NCBI GenBank assembly: GCA_963818905.1
Contig: CAWFUE010000084.1
Coordinates: 9,254 to 73,253 of the forward strand
From: an uncultured Acidobacteriaceae bacterium
Lineage (GTDB): Bacteria; Acidobacteriota; Terriglobia; Terriglobales; Acidobacteriaceae
Direction: 5' to 3'
Length of the DNA stretch: 64,000 nt
Shown here piece by piece: positions 44,718 to 54,817 of the stretch. The notes beneath the pieces are model-generated. The model was given only the letters and a program-made list of their open reading frames with translations, ran no database searches and was not told where the DNA came from. Every line of letters begins with the position of its first letter. Position 1 is the first letter of the stretch. The translations under genes were made by a program, and so were the position numbers.

Positions 44718-45671
44718 CTAGGGAGTCCTCAGCCTGCCGGATATCTCCCGCAGCACTCCTGCCGACTCCTGCAACTTCCGTACCTCTTCCGCGCTGAGCT
44801 GCAGATGCAGCACCTTCTCGATCCCATTGCGATTGACAATTGAAGGCAAGCTCAAGCAAATGTCCGAGATGCCGTATTCTCCGCTCACCAGGCTCGATAC
44901 CGAGAGCACCGTGTTCTGGTCGCGCAGAATGGCCTCGATAATCCGCATCAATCCGGCGGCAACTCCATAATATGTCGCTTGTTTGCGCGCGATGATGTGA
45001 TAGGCGGCATCGCGCGTCTGCTCAAAGATCGCGTGCAGCGCGTTCCAATCGCAGGCGCCTCCCTGCGCGGCGCAGAAATCCTCCAGCCGCATTCCCGCGA
45101 TATTCGCCAACGACCATACCGGGACCTCAGTATCCCCGTGCTCGCCGATGATGAAGGCGTGCACGCTTCTGGGGTCGACACCGAAATGCTGGCTCAGCAG
45201 ATAACGAAAACGCGCGGTGTCGAGTATCGTGCCGGATCCAATCACGCGATGTGTTGGCAACCCCGACAGCCGCAACGATATCTTCGTCAAAACATCCACT
45301 GGATTGGTAGCCACCAGCAGAATGCAGTCGCGATTGTGCTCCACAATGCGGGGTACGATCTCGGCGAAGATATCGGCATTGTGCTGCAGGAGATCAAGCC
45401 GCGTTTCACCTGGCTTTTGTCCCGCGCCCGCCGCGAGAACCACCACCGCCGCCCCGGCGCAGTCCGGATAATTGCCAGCCCAGATGCGCGTCGGATGGGC
45501 GAACGGAACGGCATGGTTCAGGTCCATTGCCTCGCCCTCAGCTTTGGCATGGTTCTTGTCGATGAGAACAATCTCTGCTGCCAGCCCGCTAAACAACAGG
45601 GCATATCCAAGGGTTGCTCCTACATTGCCCAGACCCACTACCACCACGCGGGTTCCCGACTTCTTTTCCAT
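44718..45671 (-). CDS. ldh: L-lactate dehydrogenase
   Basis: VVVVGLGNVGATLGYAL Rossmann fold. AGAGQKPGETRLDLL has Gln at the substrate-specificity position (LDH rather than MDH). IGSGT, IGEHGDTEVPVWS. ATG 45671 or 45677 follows AAGGA; the long ORF-track start (45809) is unlikely. Confidence 0.88.
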   Translation of the reverse strand: MEKKSGTRVVVVGLGNVGATLGYALLFSGLAAEIVLIDKNHAKAEGEAMDLNHAVPFAHPTRIWAGNYPDCAGAAVVVLAAGAGQKPGETRLDLLQHNADIFAEIVPRIVEHNRDCILLVATNPVDVLTKISLRLSGLPTHRVIGSGTILDTARFRYLLSQHFGVDPRSVHAFIIGEHGDTEVPVWSLANIAGMRLEDFCAAQGGACDWNALHAIFEQTRDAAYHIIARKQATYYGVAAGLMRIIEAILRDQNTVLSVSSLVSGEYGISDICLSLPSIVNRNGIEKVLHLQLSAEEVRKLQESAGVLREISGRLRTP

Positions 45672-45872
45672 TCTCATTCCTTTTGCCGGTGCATTTGCTT
45701 TCGTATGTGAGCGAGCGCACCCTGTTGGATGTTGCGACGACCGGCAATGACTTTTGCCACTTCTCTGGACTGCTACCGCCGCCAAGCCGGGTTCTTGCGG
45801 CCGTTCCAAATGGGCAAATGTCCAAACCGGAGCCCCATATTGGCTTCGGCTGTCCGAGTCGACTCTTTTTTC

Positions 45873-45901
45873 TTGACCCGGGTGACAGCTTTTCCTATGC
45901 T
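45873..45901 (+). promoter_or_regulatory. Candidate sigma-70-type promoter for the EPS locus
   Basis: TTGACC (45873-78), 17-nt spacer, TATGCT (45896-901), preceded by a T-run. It lies 150-250 nt upstream of the NusG-like gene, which implies a long leader. Confidence 0.35.
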
Positions 45902-46054
45902 GGCAACTCGACCGAGTTCAATGCCAGTTTTGTGACAGGCAAGTGAGTACTTGCTCTGGCCTCCATGTGAAATACCACATGCGACTGGAGTTCTTGGTCG
46001 GAGCGCGACTTCACTACCAATGTTCGGAAGCGTCTCATTGCGGATACTTCCGCC

Positions 46055-46666
46055 TTGGACGAGATCACCTCTCTCACTGAGGATGGCGAAGCTTTGTCTT
46101 ACATAAGCAGTACTGCGGCCACAATTGGTTTGTCCTCTCTGGACACCCCTGAAGTCGTGGCGGCGGCACAAACAGCCTCCTGGTTCGCCGCCTACACCAC
46201 TGCGCGCCACGAGAAGGCTGTTTCCCGCCAGTTCGAGGCGCGTCGTATCGAATCCTTCTTGCCCTTGTACACGACTATACGGCACTGGAAAAATGGCTGC
46301 CGCGTACCGGTTTCACAGCCACTATTCCCTGGGTACATCTTTGTCCATATCAATCGGCGCGAATCGGTGAAGGTGCTCCAGGTTCCCGGCGTGGTGTCGA
46401 TCGTCAGCGCCGGCCGTGAACCCTCAGCCCTGCCCAGTTCCGACATTGAATCTCTGCGCTCCGCTCTTCCGCTGCGTCAGTTCGAGCCCCACCCGTACCT
46501 CACAGTGGGCGAGAAAGTGCGCATTACCTCCGGTTCATTGGCGGGTATGATCGGCCTCTTGCTGCGCAAGAAGAACAATCTCCGCGTTGTGCTGACGCTT
46601 GAGCTGATCAGGCAGAGTGTTGCCGTAGAAATCGGAATCGACGAGATCGAGCCTTTGAAATCATAG
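46055..46666 (+). CDS. NusG-family transcription antitermination factor paralog (UpxY/RfaH-like)
   Basis: NGN domain WFAAYTTARHEKAVSRQFEARRIESFLPLY ... PLFPGYIFVHI. KOW motif GEKVRITSGSLAGMIGLL. It is the first gene of a polysaccharide locus. An in-frame GTG at 46157 would give a more typical protein of about 170 aa. Confidence 0.75.
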   Translation: MDEITSLTEDGEALSYISSTAATIGLSSLDTPEVVAAAQTASWFAAYTTARHEKAVSRQFEARRIESFLPLYTTIRHWKNGCRVPVSQPLFPGYIFVHINRRESVKVLQVPGVVSIVSAGREPSALPSSDIESLRSALPLRQFEPHPYLTVGEKVRITSGSLAGMIGLLLRKKNNLRVVLTLELIRQSVAVEIGIDEIEPLKS

Positions 46667-46709
46667 CTACGGCCCAAGCTCAAACTCACCTCTAAAGGAC
46701 CGACCTTTC

Positions 46710-47351
46710 GTGAAAAAGACAGCAGGGAGAAGTGTCACCGAAGTTCGCATCGTCGAAGCTGCGGTCCAGCTTTTCTCCCGCCAGGGCTACAAGGGCACGA
46801 GCACGCGGGAAATCGCCCATGTGGCGGGGGTAAATGAAGCCACTCTGTTCCGATACTTTGCCCGTAAGGTCGATCTCTTCTGGGCGGCAGCGGAATCGCG
46901 GCTGTGCCGCCTCAAACTGGGACGCGAACTGCAGAACGGCCTTGCGACCGACGTCGAGCCGGAAATTGTCGTGCCCATGCTGGTGGAGTTTGTTATGAAC
47001 GTGGTCGCGCAATATCCTGAGCTGATGCGCCTTGTCTATGTCGCCGGCTTTGAGTTCCCGGGTGACGATCGAATGTTCCGCGAACATCTGGGGCCGATCT
47101 TTGACGCGGTCAACGCTTACTTCGGCCGGTGTGCGGCGCGAGGGGCAATTTGCAATCTGGAGCCCACCTTTGCGACGCTTGGACTTCCGGCAGCGGTCAG
47201 CGCACACCGCAATCTCCATCAGCTATTTACTGGACGAGATTTACCTTGGGATGTGGCAGCCTTGGCGCCGAACTATGCGCAGTTCTGGCTGAATGCCTTG
47301 CGCCAACCCGCGCCGCCTGTGCCATGTGCTTCCGGTCAGGCAACTGATTAG
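46710..47351 (+). CDS. TetR/AcrR-family transcriptional regulator
   Basis: N-terminal HTH IVEAAVQLFSRQGYKGTSTREIAHVAGVNEATLFRYF. GTG start at 46710 follows AAAGGA. Confidence 0.85.
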   Translation: MKKTAGRSVTEVRIVEAAVQLFSRQGYKGTSTREIAHVAGVNEATLFRYFARKVDLFWAAAESRLCRLKLGRELQNGLATDVEPEIVVPMLVEFVMNVVAQYPELMRLVYVAGFEFPGDDRMFREHLGPIFDAVNAYFGRCAARGAICNLEPTFATLGLPAAVSAHRNLHQLFTGRDLPWDVAALAPNYAQFWLNALRQPAPPVPCASGQATD

Positions 47352-47425
47352 GGATTACGCCCCGGCTTATGCTGATGATGTGCGGCTGACTCGCGGCACC
47401 GGTCAAATAATAGTAGGCATTTTTA

Positions 47426-49798
47426 TTGGAGACGACTTTGAAATCTCTTTTGAGAAGAGATAGCGAAAAATACCGAAAACATTTGGCTTTGAGAAATCGA
47501 TCGACTGGCTGGAATCTGTTGGCCCCTTTAGCGCTGCTACTCGTGTTTTGCGCACTGCTAGCCCCCCTCGGCTCGGTAGCGCAGGATCGCAAGGCGGCCG
47601 GCGTCATCGACCCTACTTCTACGCCGGCGGTAAATCAACAAGGTGTGCCGATTCCACAAACTGCTCAGGATGCGCCGGCTTCAACTCCGACGGTCGTGCT
47701 GGATGACACGCAGACGCTTCCTCAACGAAAGTCCGCGCCGCTGACGGAGGCGATCGAGACAACCAAGACCAAGACCTTGGAGCTGACTGACTTTCAGCAG
47801 CTGGTCGCCACTTCCCTGGGACAAACGCTGCCAATCTATGGACAGAATCTGTTCGAGAATGTGCCCAGCACATTTGCTCCGGTGGATCGCGTGCCGGTCA
47901 CAGCCGATTACGTTATCGGTCCCGGTGACGAATTATTGATCCGTGCCTGGGGACAGATTGATCTGGATGTCCACACCCGGGTCGACCGGAATGGTGCAAT
48001 TTATATCCCCAAAGTAGGGGAACTGAGCGTTGCCGGCCTTAAATACGATCAGGTGCAGGGCTTCCTTAAATCCCACATTGGCCGGATTTATCAGAACTTC
48101 GATCTGAATGTCACGATGGGCGAGCTGCGCTCCATTGACGTATTCGTCGTTGGGCAGGCTAGACGCCCCGGACGCTACACCGTCAGTGCGCTGAGTACGC
48201 TGGCCAACGCGGTGTTCGCCTCCAGCGGGCCGTCGTCTGCGGGGTCGATGCGCCATATTCAGCTAAAGCGCGGTTCCACCGTCGTTGTCGATTTCGATCT
48301 CTACGACTTGTTGCTCAAAGGCGACAAGAGCAAAGACGTTCTGCTACAGCCGGAGGACGTCATCTACTTCGCACCGGTTGGGCCGCAGGTGGCGATGGGC
48401 GGGCAGGTGAACAATCCTGCCATTTACGAGCTCAAGAGTGAAACCACTCTGGGAGAGGCACTCGATCTGGCTGGAGGGCTTTCGACGACGGCCTACGGAG
48501 GCAAGGTTTACGTTGAGCAGATTAAGGATCGGAAGGATCGCGGTATCGAAGAGATCAAGCTGGACGCGGCCGGATTGACTCATCCTCTGCGAGATGGCGA
48601 CATGCTGAACTTCACCTCCATTTCGCCGCGCTTTGTGAACTCGGTAACTCTTCGCGGCAACGTGGCATCGCCTGGACGCTATCCCTGGCACGAGGGCATG
48701 CGAGTCAGCGATTTAATTCCCAATCGCGATTTTCTGATTACCCGCGAGTATTGGAAGCAGCAGAATGCCATCAACCTGCAAATGGAAACCAATGGCAACC
48801 GGCTTACCGGGGAACTGAACGACGTCAGGAAGAATGCTCCCGAAATCAACTGGGATTACGCTGTTATTCAGAGGATGAGCTCGAAAGATCTGTCGACCGA
48901 GCTGCTTCCGTTCAATCTCGGTAAGGCAGTTTTGCAACATGAGGATTCCAGCAATCTGATGTTGCAGCCTGGCGATATCGTGACTATCTTCTCGCAGGCC
49001 GATCTGCGCGTGCCGCGCGAGCAGCAAACCAAGCTGGTCAGACTGGAAGGCGAGTTTGTTTCCGGCGGCGTTTACCGCGCTCAACCCGGTCAGGGACTGC
49101 GCGAGCTTGTAGCCCAAGCCGGTGGTCTTGCGCCCTCAGCTTATCTGTATGGAGCAGTATTCACTCGCGAGTCCACCCGCATTCAACAGCAGGAACGGTT
49201 GGATATGGTGGTCGCGCAGATGGAACGGGATTTGGCTCGGCTGGCGGCTCAGCAGTCACAGAATGCAAAATCGGCCGATGAGGCGAATGCTGCGCGGGCT
49301 GCGCTCGAAGCGCAGCGCGCCAGCCTGGACAAGCTCCGTCAGTTGAGGGCGGACGGAAGGGTTGTGCTGAATCTTCATCCTAACGATGCTAGTCTTGCCG
49401 ATATTCCCGATATTCCCCTGGAGGATGGAGACCACTTCTTCATTCCCAGCCGTCCCATTGTGGTTAGCGTCGTAGGCGACGTCTACAACCAAGGCTCATT
49501 TCTCCAAAGGGAAGGCAAGACTGTTTCCCGATATCTGCGCGATGCGGGTGGTCCAACCCGCAACGCCGATAAGAGCAAGATGTTTGTGGTGCGCGCCAAT
49601 GGCGCGGTCGTAAGCAAGGACGCTGCCACCGGATTCTGGTCAGGCGGTTTCTCCACCATGGTTCTGATGCCGGGCGACACCGTGGTCGTGCCCGAACAGT
49701 TGAATCCCGGCGCAGCATGGCGAAACTTCAAAGATATTGCGCAGATTCTGTTTGACTTTGGCCTGGCTGCGGCGGCAGTTAAAGTGCTAAGTCAATAA
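47426..49798 (+). CDS. Polysaccharide export protein (Wza-like Poly_export domain plus multiple SLBB domains)
   Basis: DYVIGPGDELLIRAWGQ...VDRNGAIYIPKVGELSVAGL is the Poly_export signature. SLBB-like units repeat (V.V.G.V..PG.Y....). TTG start; the exact start is uncertain. Confidence 0.8.
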   Translation: METTLKSLLRRDSEKYRKHLALRNRSTGWNLLAPLALLLVFCALLAPLGSVAQDRKAAGVIDPTSTPAVNQQGVPIPQTAQDAPASTPTVVLDDTQTLPQRKSAPLTEAIETTKTKTLELTDFQQLVATSLGQTLPIYGQNLFENVPSTFAPVDRVPVTADYVIGPGDELLIRAWGQIDLDVHTRVDRNGAIYIPKVGELSVAGLKYDQVQGFLKSHIGRIYQNFDLNVTMGELRSIDVFVVGQARRPGRYTVSALSTLANAVFASSGPSSAGSMRHIQLKRGSTVVVDFDLYDLLLKGDKSKDVLLQPEDVIYFAPVGPQVAMGGQVNNPAIYELKSETTLGEALDLAGGLSTTAYGGKVYVEQIKDRKDRGIEEIKLDAAGLTHPLRDGDMLNFTSISPRFVNSVTLRGNVASPGRYPWHEGMRVSDLIPNRDFLITREYWKQQNAINLQMETNGNRLTGELNDVRKNAPEINWDYAVIQRMSSKDLSTELLPFNLGKAVLQHEDSSNLMLQPGDIVTIFSQADLRVPREQQTKLVRLEGEFVSGGVYRAQPGQGLRELVAQAGGLAPSAYLYGAVFTRESTRIQQQERLDMVVAQMERDLARLAAQQSQNAKSADEANAARAALEAQRASLDKLRQLRADGRVVLNLHPNDASLADIPDIPLEDGDHFFIPSRPIVVSVVGDVYNQGSFLQREGKTVSRYLRDAGGPTRNADKSKMFVVRANGAVVSKDAATGFWSGGFSTMVLMPGDTVVVPEQLNPGAAWRNFKDIAQILFDFGLAAAAVKVLSQ

Positions 49799-49912
49799 TT
49801 TCCTGCGACCCGCAAATTCAAAGTCGGCTCTACCTGCAATCGACGTGCAGTCCCGGCGCCGGCAAGGGCTGACAATTGCTCATATTTCATTACCCAAAGT
49901 GGATGTAGCTTT

Positions 49913-51160
49913 ATGCGCGAAAGTACAAAAATTTCGGAGATGAACGGCCCTGCGGTGGACGATCGCGTCTTAGGAATTGAGCCTGAAGCGGTAGAGCATC
50001 GCGAAGTCGATCTTATCGATTTTCTCTTGCTACTGGCTCAAAAGAAAAAGGCAATTCTGCTGATTACGATTGCCGTTGCCGTTCTGGCCGCAATTGTTTC
50101 CTGGCTTCTTCCCAAGATGTACACGGCGACTGCTACCATCCTTCCCCCGCAGGAAAGTCAGTCGACTTTGACGACGATGCTGGGACAGTTCGGGGCTCTG
50201 ACCGGATTGGGGGGCAGCGAGCTGAATCTGAAAAATCCGTCCGATCTGTTTGCAGCTATGCTCAAGAGCCGAACTATCGAAGATGATCTTATCGATGGCT
50301 TTGATCTCCGCCACGTTTATGGTGTCAAAACCTATCAGGCCGCACGCAAGGCTTTGGAATCTCGCAGTCGAATCGATGCAGGAGACGAAGGACTAATCAC
50401 AATCGCGGTCACCGACCGCGATGCCAAGCGGGCTGCGGATCTGGCCAATGCGTACGTTACGGAATTGCACTCTTTGAACGACCATCTTGCCATTTCCGAG
50501 GCTGCTCAACGGCGTCTGTTCTATCAGCAAAAACTGGACGCAGAGCGGGAAGATCTGTCACGGGCTGAGTTGGGCTTGCAGCAGGTGCAGCAGAAGAGTG
50601 GTCTGATCCAGCCCGATGCGCAGGGGAAGGCGATTGTCGATGCGGTTGCCACCACTCGCGCCGCAGTCGCCACTCAGGAGGTGCAAATCCAGGCGATGCG
50701 CACCTACGCGACGGCGAACAATCCGGATCTGAAACGAGCGGAAGAGGAGTTGGCTGGCTTGCGGGCACAACTGGCGAAGCTGGAGCGCGATACCGGGGAA
50801 GCGGGTAATGGCAACCTGGAAGTGCCCACTCGGCGTTTGCCCGAAGTTGAATTGGCTTATCTTCGCCAGATGCGTGACGTCAAGTATCACGAGTCGGTAT
50901 ATGACTTTCTGAGCAAGCAGTTGGAAGCGGCGCGAATCGATGAGGCAAAAGATGCGGTGATGGTGCAGGTCGTCGACAAAGCGGTACCACCCGAAACCAA
51001 GTCGAGCCCTCGCCGTACGTTCATCATACTGGGATCGACGATAACCGCTTTCGTGCTCTCCTGCTTCTGGATTCTTCTGACAGAAGCGGTGAAGCGCAGG
51101 CAGCGTGATCCCAATGACCGCATTCGGCTGGCACGGCTTAAGCAGGCGCTGCGGTTTTAG
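49913..51160 (+). CDS. Polysaccharide co-polymerase / chain-length determinant (Wzz/GumC-like, no kinase domain)
   Basis: Wzz N-terminal block (IDLIDFLLLLAQKKKAILLITIAVAVLAAIVSWLLPKMYTATATILP). Long periplasmic coiled-coil. C-terminal TM preceded by SPRRTFIILGSTITAFVL. No Walker motifs. Confidence 0.75.
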   Translation: MRESTKISEMNGPAVDDRVLGIEPEAVEHREVDLIDFLLLLAQKKKAILLITIAVAVLAAIVSWLLPKMYTATATILPPQESQSTLTTMLGQFGALTGLGGSELNLKNPSDLFAAMLKSRTIEDDLIDGFDLRHVYGVKTYQAARKALESRSRIDAGDEGLITIAVTDRDAKRAADLANAYVTELHSLNDHLAISEAAQRRLFYQQKLDAEREDLSRAELGLQQVQQKSGLIQPDAQGKAIVDAVATTRAAVATQEVQIQAMRTYATANNPDLKRAEEELAGLRAQLAKLERDTGEAGNGNLEVPTRRLPEVELAYLRQMRDVKYHESVYDFLSKQLEAARIDEAKDAVMVQVVDKAVPPETKSSPRRTFIILGSTITAFVLSCFWILLTEAVKRRQRDPNDRIRLARLKQALRF

Positions 51161-51338
51161 TCAGGGTAGTCATGTGGCGCTCCTCACCTGGAACCGCGCC
51201 GGCAAGGTGCAGCTTGCCAGCAAAACCCTGCCGGATTCACTTCCACGATAAGAGAAGGACCGAACGGAACACAGAGCGGCGACCCGGAATTCGTAACAGC
51301 CTCCAGCGCAGCGCGCTAGTTCAGTCAGTAAGCCAAGA

Positions 51339-52205
51339 ATGATATCTCTCGTTGTAGCCACCTGGAACCGCGTCGCCGAACTCGATCGGCTACTGACAAG
51401 CTTAGACAAGCAGACATACGGCGATTTTGAAGTCATCGTAGTCGACCAGAACCCGGACGACCGCGTCGATTCAGCACTCCGACAGCATCCTGCACTCAAG
51501 GTCCGGCATGTGCGCTCCGAACGTGGGGCTTCAAAAGCCCGTAACCGTGGTCTCCGCATGGCGGAGGGCGAGGTCCTGGCCTTTCCCGATGACGACTGCT
51601 GGTATCCGCCGGAGTTGCTGCGAAACGTGAAGGACTGGTTTGAGGGGAATCCTGAATATGCCGTTCTGCTGACCGCGATGCGCGACGAGCGTGGACGGTC
51701 GATGGAGCCTAAGTTCGGTCCCGGCCGGGGCGCATGTACAAAACGGAGTGTCTTGCAGTGTGCGGTGACCTTTAACGCCTTCGTCAGGGCGAAGGCAGTC
51801 ACCGCCATGGGCCTGTTCCGTGAGGATATTGGGCCTGGCACTTCATCTCCCTACCAGTCCGGCGAGGACCTCGAATATCTCATTCGCCCGGTACAGTTCG
51901 GCATGCCAGTGTGGTACGAACCAAGTTTTACCGTTTTCCATCCCGATCTAAATGACAGAACCCGCCTGCTGAGAACAGCGCAAGCCTACGCGCTAGGAGT
52001 AGGACACGTGCTGCGCTGGCACGACTATGCCTGGTCGGTACTCGGTGCTTCCGTGGCGCGGTCGTTATGTCGGGCAGCGATTCAGTTGTGCAAGGGTGAC
52101 CTGGAGGGCGCCAAGGTCTACGCCCTTCGTGCGAAAGGCCTCTTCCGCGGATATGCGTTTTCGCGCGCGGAGGGTTCGGGTTCAATACGGCCTCCTACTC
52201 GATGA
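51339..52205 (+). CDS. Glycosyltransferase family 2
   Basis: ISLVVATWNR ... FEVIVVDQNPDD ... GASKARNRGL ... AFPDDDCWY (GT-A fold, DxD). Confidence 0.8.
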   Translation: MISLVVATWNRVAELDRLLTSLDKQTYGDFEVIVVDQNPDDRVDSALRQHPALKVRHVRSERGASKARNRGLRMAEGEVLAFPDDDCWYPPELLRNVKDWFEGNPEYAVLLTAMRDERGRSMEPKFGPGRGACTKRSVLQCAVTFNAFVRAKAVTAMGLFREDIGPGTSSPYQSGEDLEYLIRPVQFGMPVWYEPSFTVFHPDLNDRTRLLRTAQAYALGVGHVLRWHDYAWSVLGASVARSLCRAAIQLCKGDLEGAKVYALRAKGLFRGYAFSRAEGSGSIRPPTR

Positions 52206-53473
52206 TTAGCAAGAGCTCCTTTTGGCAGCTAGTCCGCAGCGTTGCCAACCTGGCTTCCGGCGAAATACCTGCCCGCTTATGCGGCATCGCGACGCTTCTT
52301 TTCCTCGCTCGCAAGTCCGGTGTAGTGATGGTTGGTATTTATGCTCTGGCCCAGAGCATGGTGCAATACTCTTACCCGTTCATCGATTTTGGCTTACGTC
52401 ATGTGGGAGCGCGGCTGATCGCGAAATATCCGCAGGCCGGACGCGAGATCATGGAACAGGTTCAGCGGCGCCGCATGCTAATGGGTGCGGCCATCATTCC
52501 GTTTCTGCTGGCCTATGCGTCGCTGACCAATGTGTCGTTGCAACTGAAGACTTTTCTCTTCCTGTTTTCGGCCATCAGCTGTCTTTATGCGGTATCCCTG
52601 GAGTGGGCGGCATGGGGGAAAGAACACATGCGCCTCGTCGGTTTCGCCAGGATGATTGTTCCCGGCAGCGTCCTTTTATTTCTCCTCCTGGGAAGTACTG
52701 GGAAGCATGTTCTGTGGTGGATGGTGGCAGGCAATGCAGTAGGTTACACGGTTCAAGGAGTAGTGTTCTGGAAATGGTGGCGGGCGTGGAGACCGAACGG
52801 GAAGCAGCAGATCTCTACGGCAATCGTTCGCGAGTCGCTGGCTTGGGCGCGCACCAGCATTATGGGCCTCGCCTGGTTGTGCAACCTTGCATTCAACACC
52901 ATCGACATGCTCATGCTGGGCGTCATGTCTAATCCGCACCAGGTTGGCCTCTATAGTGCAGCTTACCGCATCATGAATCAGGTGCTGATCACCTACTACC
53001 TGCTCATCCAGATTCTTTACCCCAAACACGCCAGGCAGGAGGTTGCCGATCGCAGCCGCGCACTCCAGCCGGGAATTCTTCTCTCGCTGTTTGCCGCAGG
53101 CGCTGCCATCGCCTTTGTCCTCTCCACGTCACGAAAATTGGTGCTCGCAATCGTATTCGGACACCAGTTTCTGCCGGCCACCTTGCTCCTTGGACTGCTG
53201 GCTTGGGCAATTCCATTGGATTTTTTGACCTCGTATCTGAGCACAGCCTACATTGCCTGGAGCATGGAAAAGAAAGTTCTGGTGTGCACTGCCGTCGCGG
53301 CCGGCAGCAATGTGATTTTGAATCTGATTTGGATTCCCACCCACGGCGCAACTGCGGCCGCTGTCAACACCCTAATCTCCTATGTGATCTTCCTGAGTGC
53401 TTTGGCCTTTGCTGGACGCTACGCCAAGGAACTCGCCCATGCACCACGGGCAGAGGCGAGCGTTGGTGCGTGA
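52202..53473 (+). CDS. Wzx-like oligosaccharide flippase (MOP/polysaccharide biosynthesis protein family)
   Basis: About 12 TM helices. N-terminus with ARLCGIATLLFLAR ... GIYALAQS is typical of PST-family flippases. The start overlaps the upstream stop (ATGA). Confidence 0.7.
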   Translation: MISKSSFWQLVRSVANLASGEIPARLCGIATLLFLARKSGVVMVGIYALAQSMVQYSYPFIDFGLRHVGARLIAKYPQAGREIMEQVQRRRMLMGAAIIPFLLAYASLTNVSLQLKTFLFLFSAISCLYAVSLEWAAWGKEHMRLVGFARMIVPGSVLLFLLLGSTGKHVLWWMVAGNAVGYTVQGVVFWKWWRAWRPNGKQQISTAIVRESLAWARTSIMGLAWLCNLAFNTIDMLMLGVMSNPHQVGLYSAAYRIMNQVLITYYLLIQILYPKHARQEVADRSRALQPGILLSLFAAGAAIAFVLSTSRKLVLAIVFGHQFLPATLLLGLLAWAIPLDFLTSYLSTAYIAWSMEKKVLVCTAVAAGSNVILNLIWIPTHGATAAAVNTLISYVIFLSALAFAGRYAKELAHAPRAEASVGA

Positions 53474-53524
53474 GTGATGGAATGTGCCAGCCTGTCAGTC
53501 CAGGCATTCTGATTCAGATCTCCG

Positions 53525-54802
53525 ATGAATGAGATATTGCTGCTGATCGCTCTGGTTTTTCCCTGTTGGTACGGGTATAGGAGGTCGGTTTTGGGTGGTC
53601 GAGTTGAAATCAACCACGTAACAACCTTCACCTTTGGCTTCCTGTTTTACTGGATTACTCCGTTGGCGGTTAGGATTTGGGCGTCAAGAACAGATTTTCC
53701 AATGGCCTCTATCTGGTTGGATCTTTTTCGCCCTAAGCTGATCATGCCGTACGCTGCGTCGTGCGTCGTACTTTATTTGTGCTTTGCCATGGGAGACAGT
53801 GTTGCGGCTCGTGTATTTCGGGAGAACCTGACCACGGCTGTCAGGAAAGTTCCCCGGCTCGCGCTTTCGATGGTCACGCTGGCTGGCTGCGTATTGACGG
53901 TGTACTCGGCGTATGTGGTGCGCGCCGACCTCTTCCGGAAAGCCACGCCCACTGACCCGCGCGTCGGAGTGGCGCGTGGAGCCGTCACTTCCTGCGTGGT
54001 GTTGCTGGGGACCGTGGCCCTCATGTTTACGATCGATCATCCCGAGATACCGTGGCGGAAGCGGCTCCTCAGCCTCTATTTCCTGCCGCTCATCGCCGGA
54101 TGCGCGATGATGACCTTTCTGGGCAGCCGGCTGTATGTCGCTTCTATCGTATTAATGTTCGCGGTCTATCAAACGAATCTCCGTGCAAGGTTCAAACTCA
54201 AAACCCTGGTCGCAGCCGGACTCGTTTTCGCTCTCTTTTTCGGAGCGGTTGGCACCTGGCGTGAAGGGAGCAGCGCAACCGACGCAATGTTCAACGTTTT
54301 CTTGGAGCCGATGCTGGGTAGTCTGTCACTGGTACACCATCTGAGGTACAAAGGGGTTGCACTCATTAACCAACCAACCCAATTGATGAGCGACTTCAGG
54401 AACCTGATTCCAACGGTACTCATGCCGGAAAAATACAAAACCTTGAAGCAGCCCGATGCTTACCGCCCGTTGGGCGGACTGCATTCCTTCGTGTCCTTCA
54501 ATCTTAATTTCGGGCTAGTCGGAACGGCAGTTTTCTGGTTTCTTTTGCCACTAGGGTTCCGTTTTCTCAAGAGCCGTTTACCTGGAATATTGCCGGCAAC
54601 GGTGTACATCATGTGCACCGCCTGGCTGGCCTTCACTTTTTTCCGCGATCCCTTCTCGATCTCGTTAGTGAAGGCCATGGTTGAAGATTCGATGGTTATT
54701 CCGCTCTTGATTGTAGGCTTTGGGTATTTGTTGGCCGCGGCCTGCCGTCCGGTCAGCGATCTACCTGGGTTAATACCAGAGCCGCGAATGGACAATGCTT
54801 AG
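53525..54802 (+). CDS. Polytopic membrane protein, putative Wzy-type O-antigen/EPS polymerase
   Basis: More than 10 predicted TM helices, no soluble domains, and a position between the flippase and glycosyltransferases. The assignment rests on context only. Confidence 0.45.
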   Translation: MNEILLLIALVFPCWYGYRRSVLGGRVEINHVTTFTFGFLFYWITPLAVRIWASRTDFPMASIWLDLFRPKLIMPYAASCVVLYLCFAMGDSVAARVFRENLTTAVRKVPRLALSMVTLAGCVLTVYSAYVVRADLFRKATPTDPRVGVARGAVTSCVVLLGTVALMFTIDHPEIPWRKRLLSLYFLPLIAGCAMMTFLGSRLYVASIVLMFAVYQTNLRARFKLKTLVAAGLVFALFFGAVGTWREGSSATDAMFNVFLEPMLGSLSLVHHLRYKGVALINQPTQLMSDFRNLIPTVLMPEKYKTLKQPDAYRPLGGLHSFVSFNLNFGLVGTAVFWFLLPLGFRFLKSRLPGILPATVYIMCTAWLAFTFFRDPFSISLVKAMVEDSMVIPLLIVGFGYLLAAACRPVSDLPGLIPEPRMDNA

Positions 54803-54817
54803 CCGGGCGGATCGTCC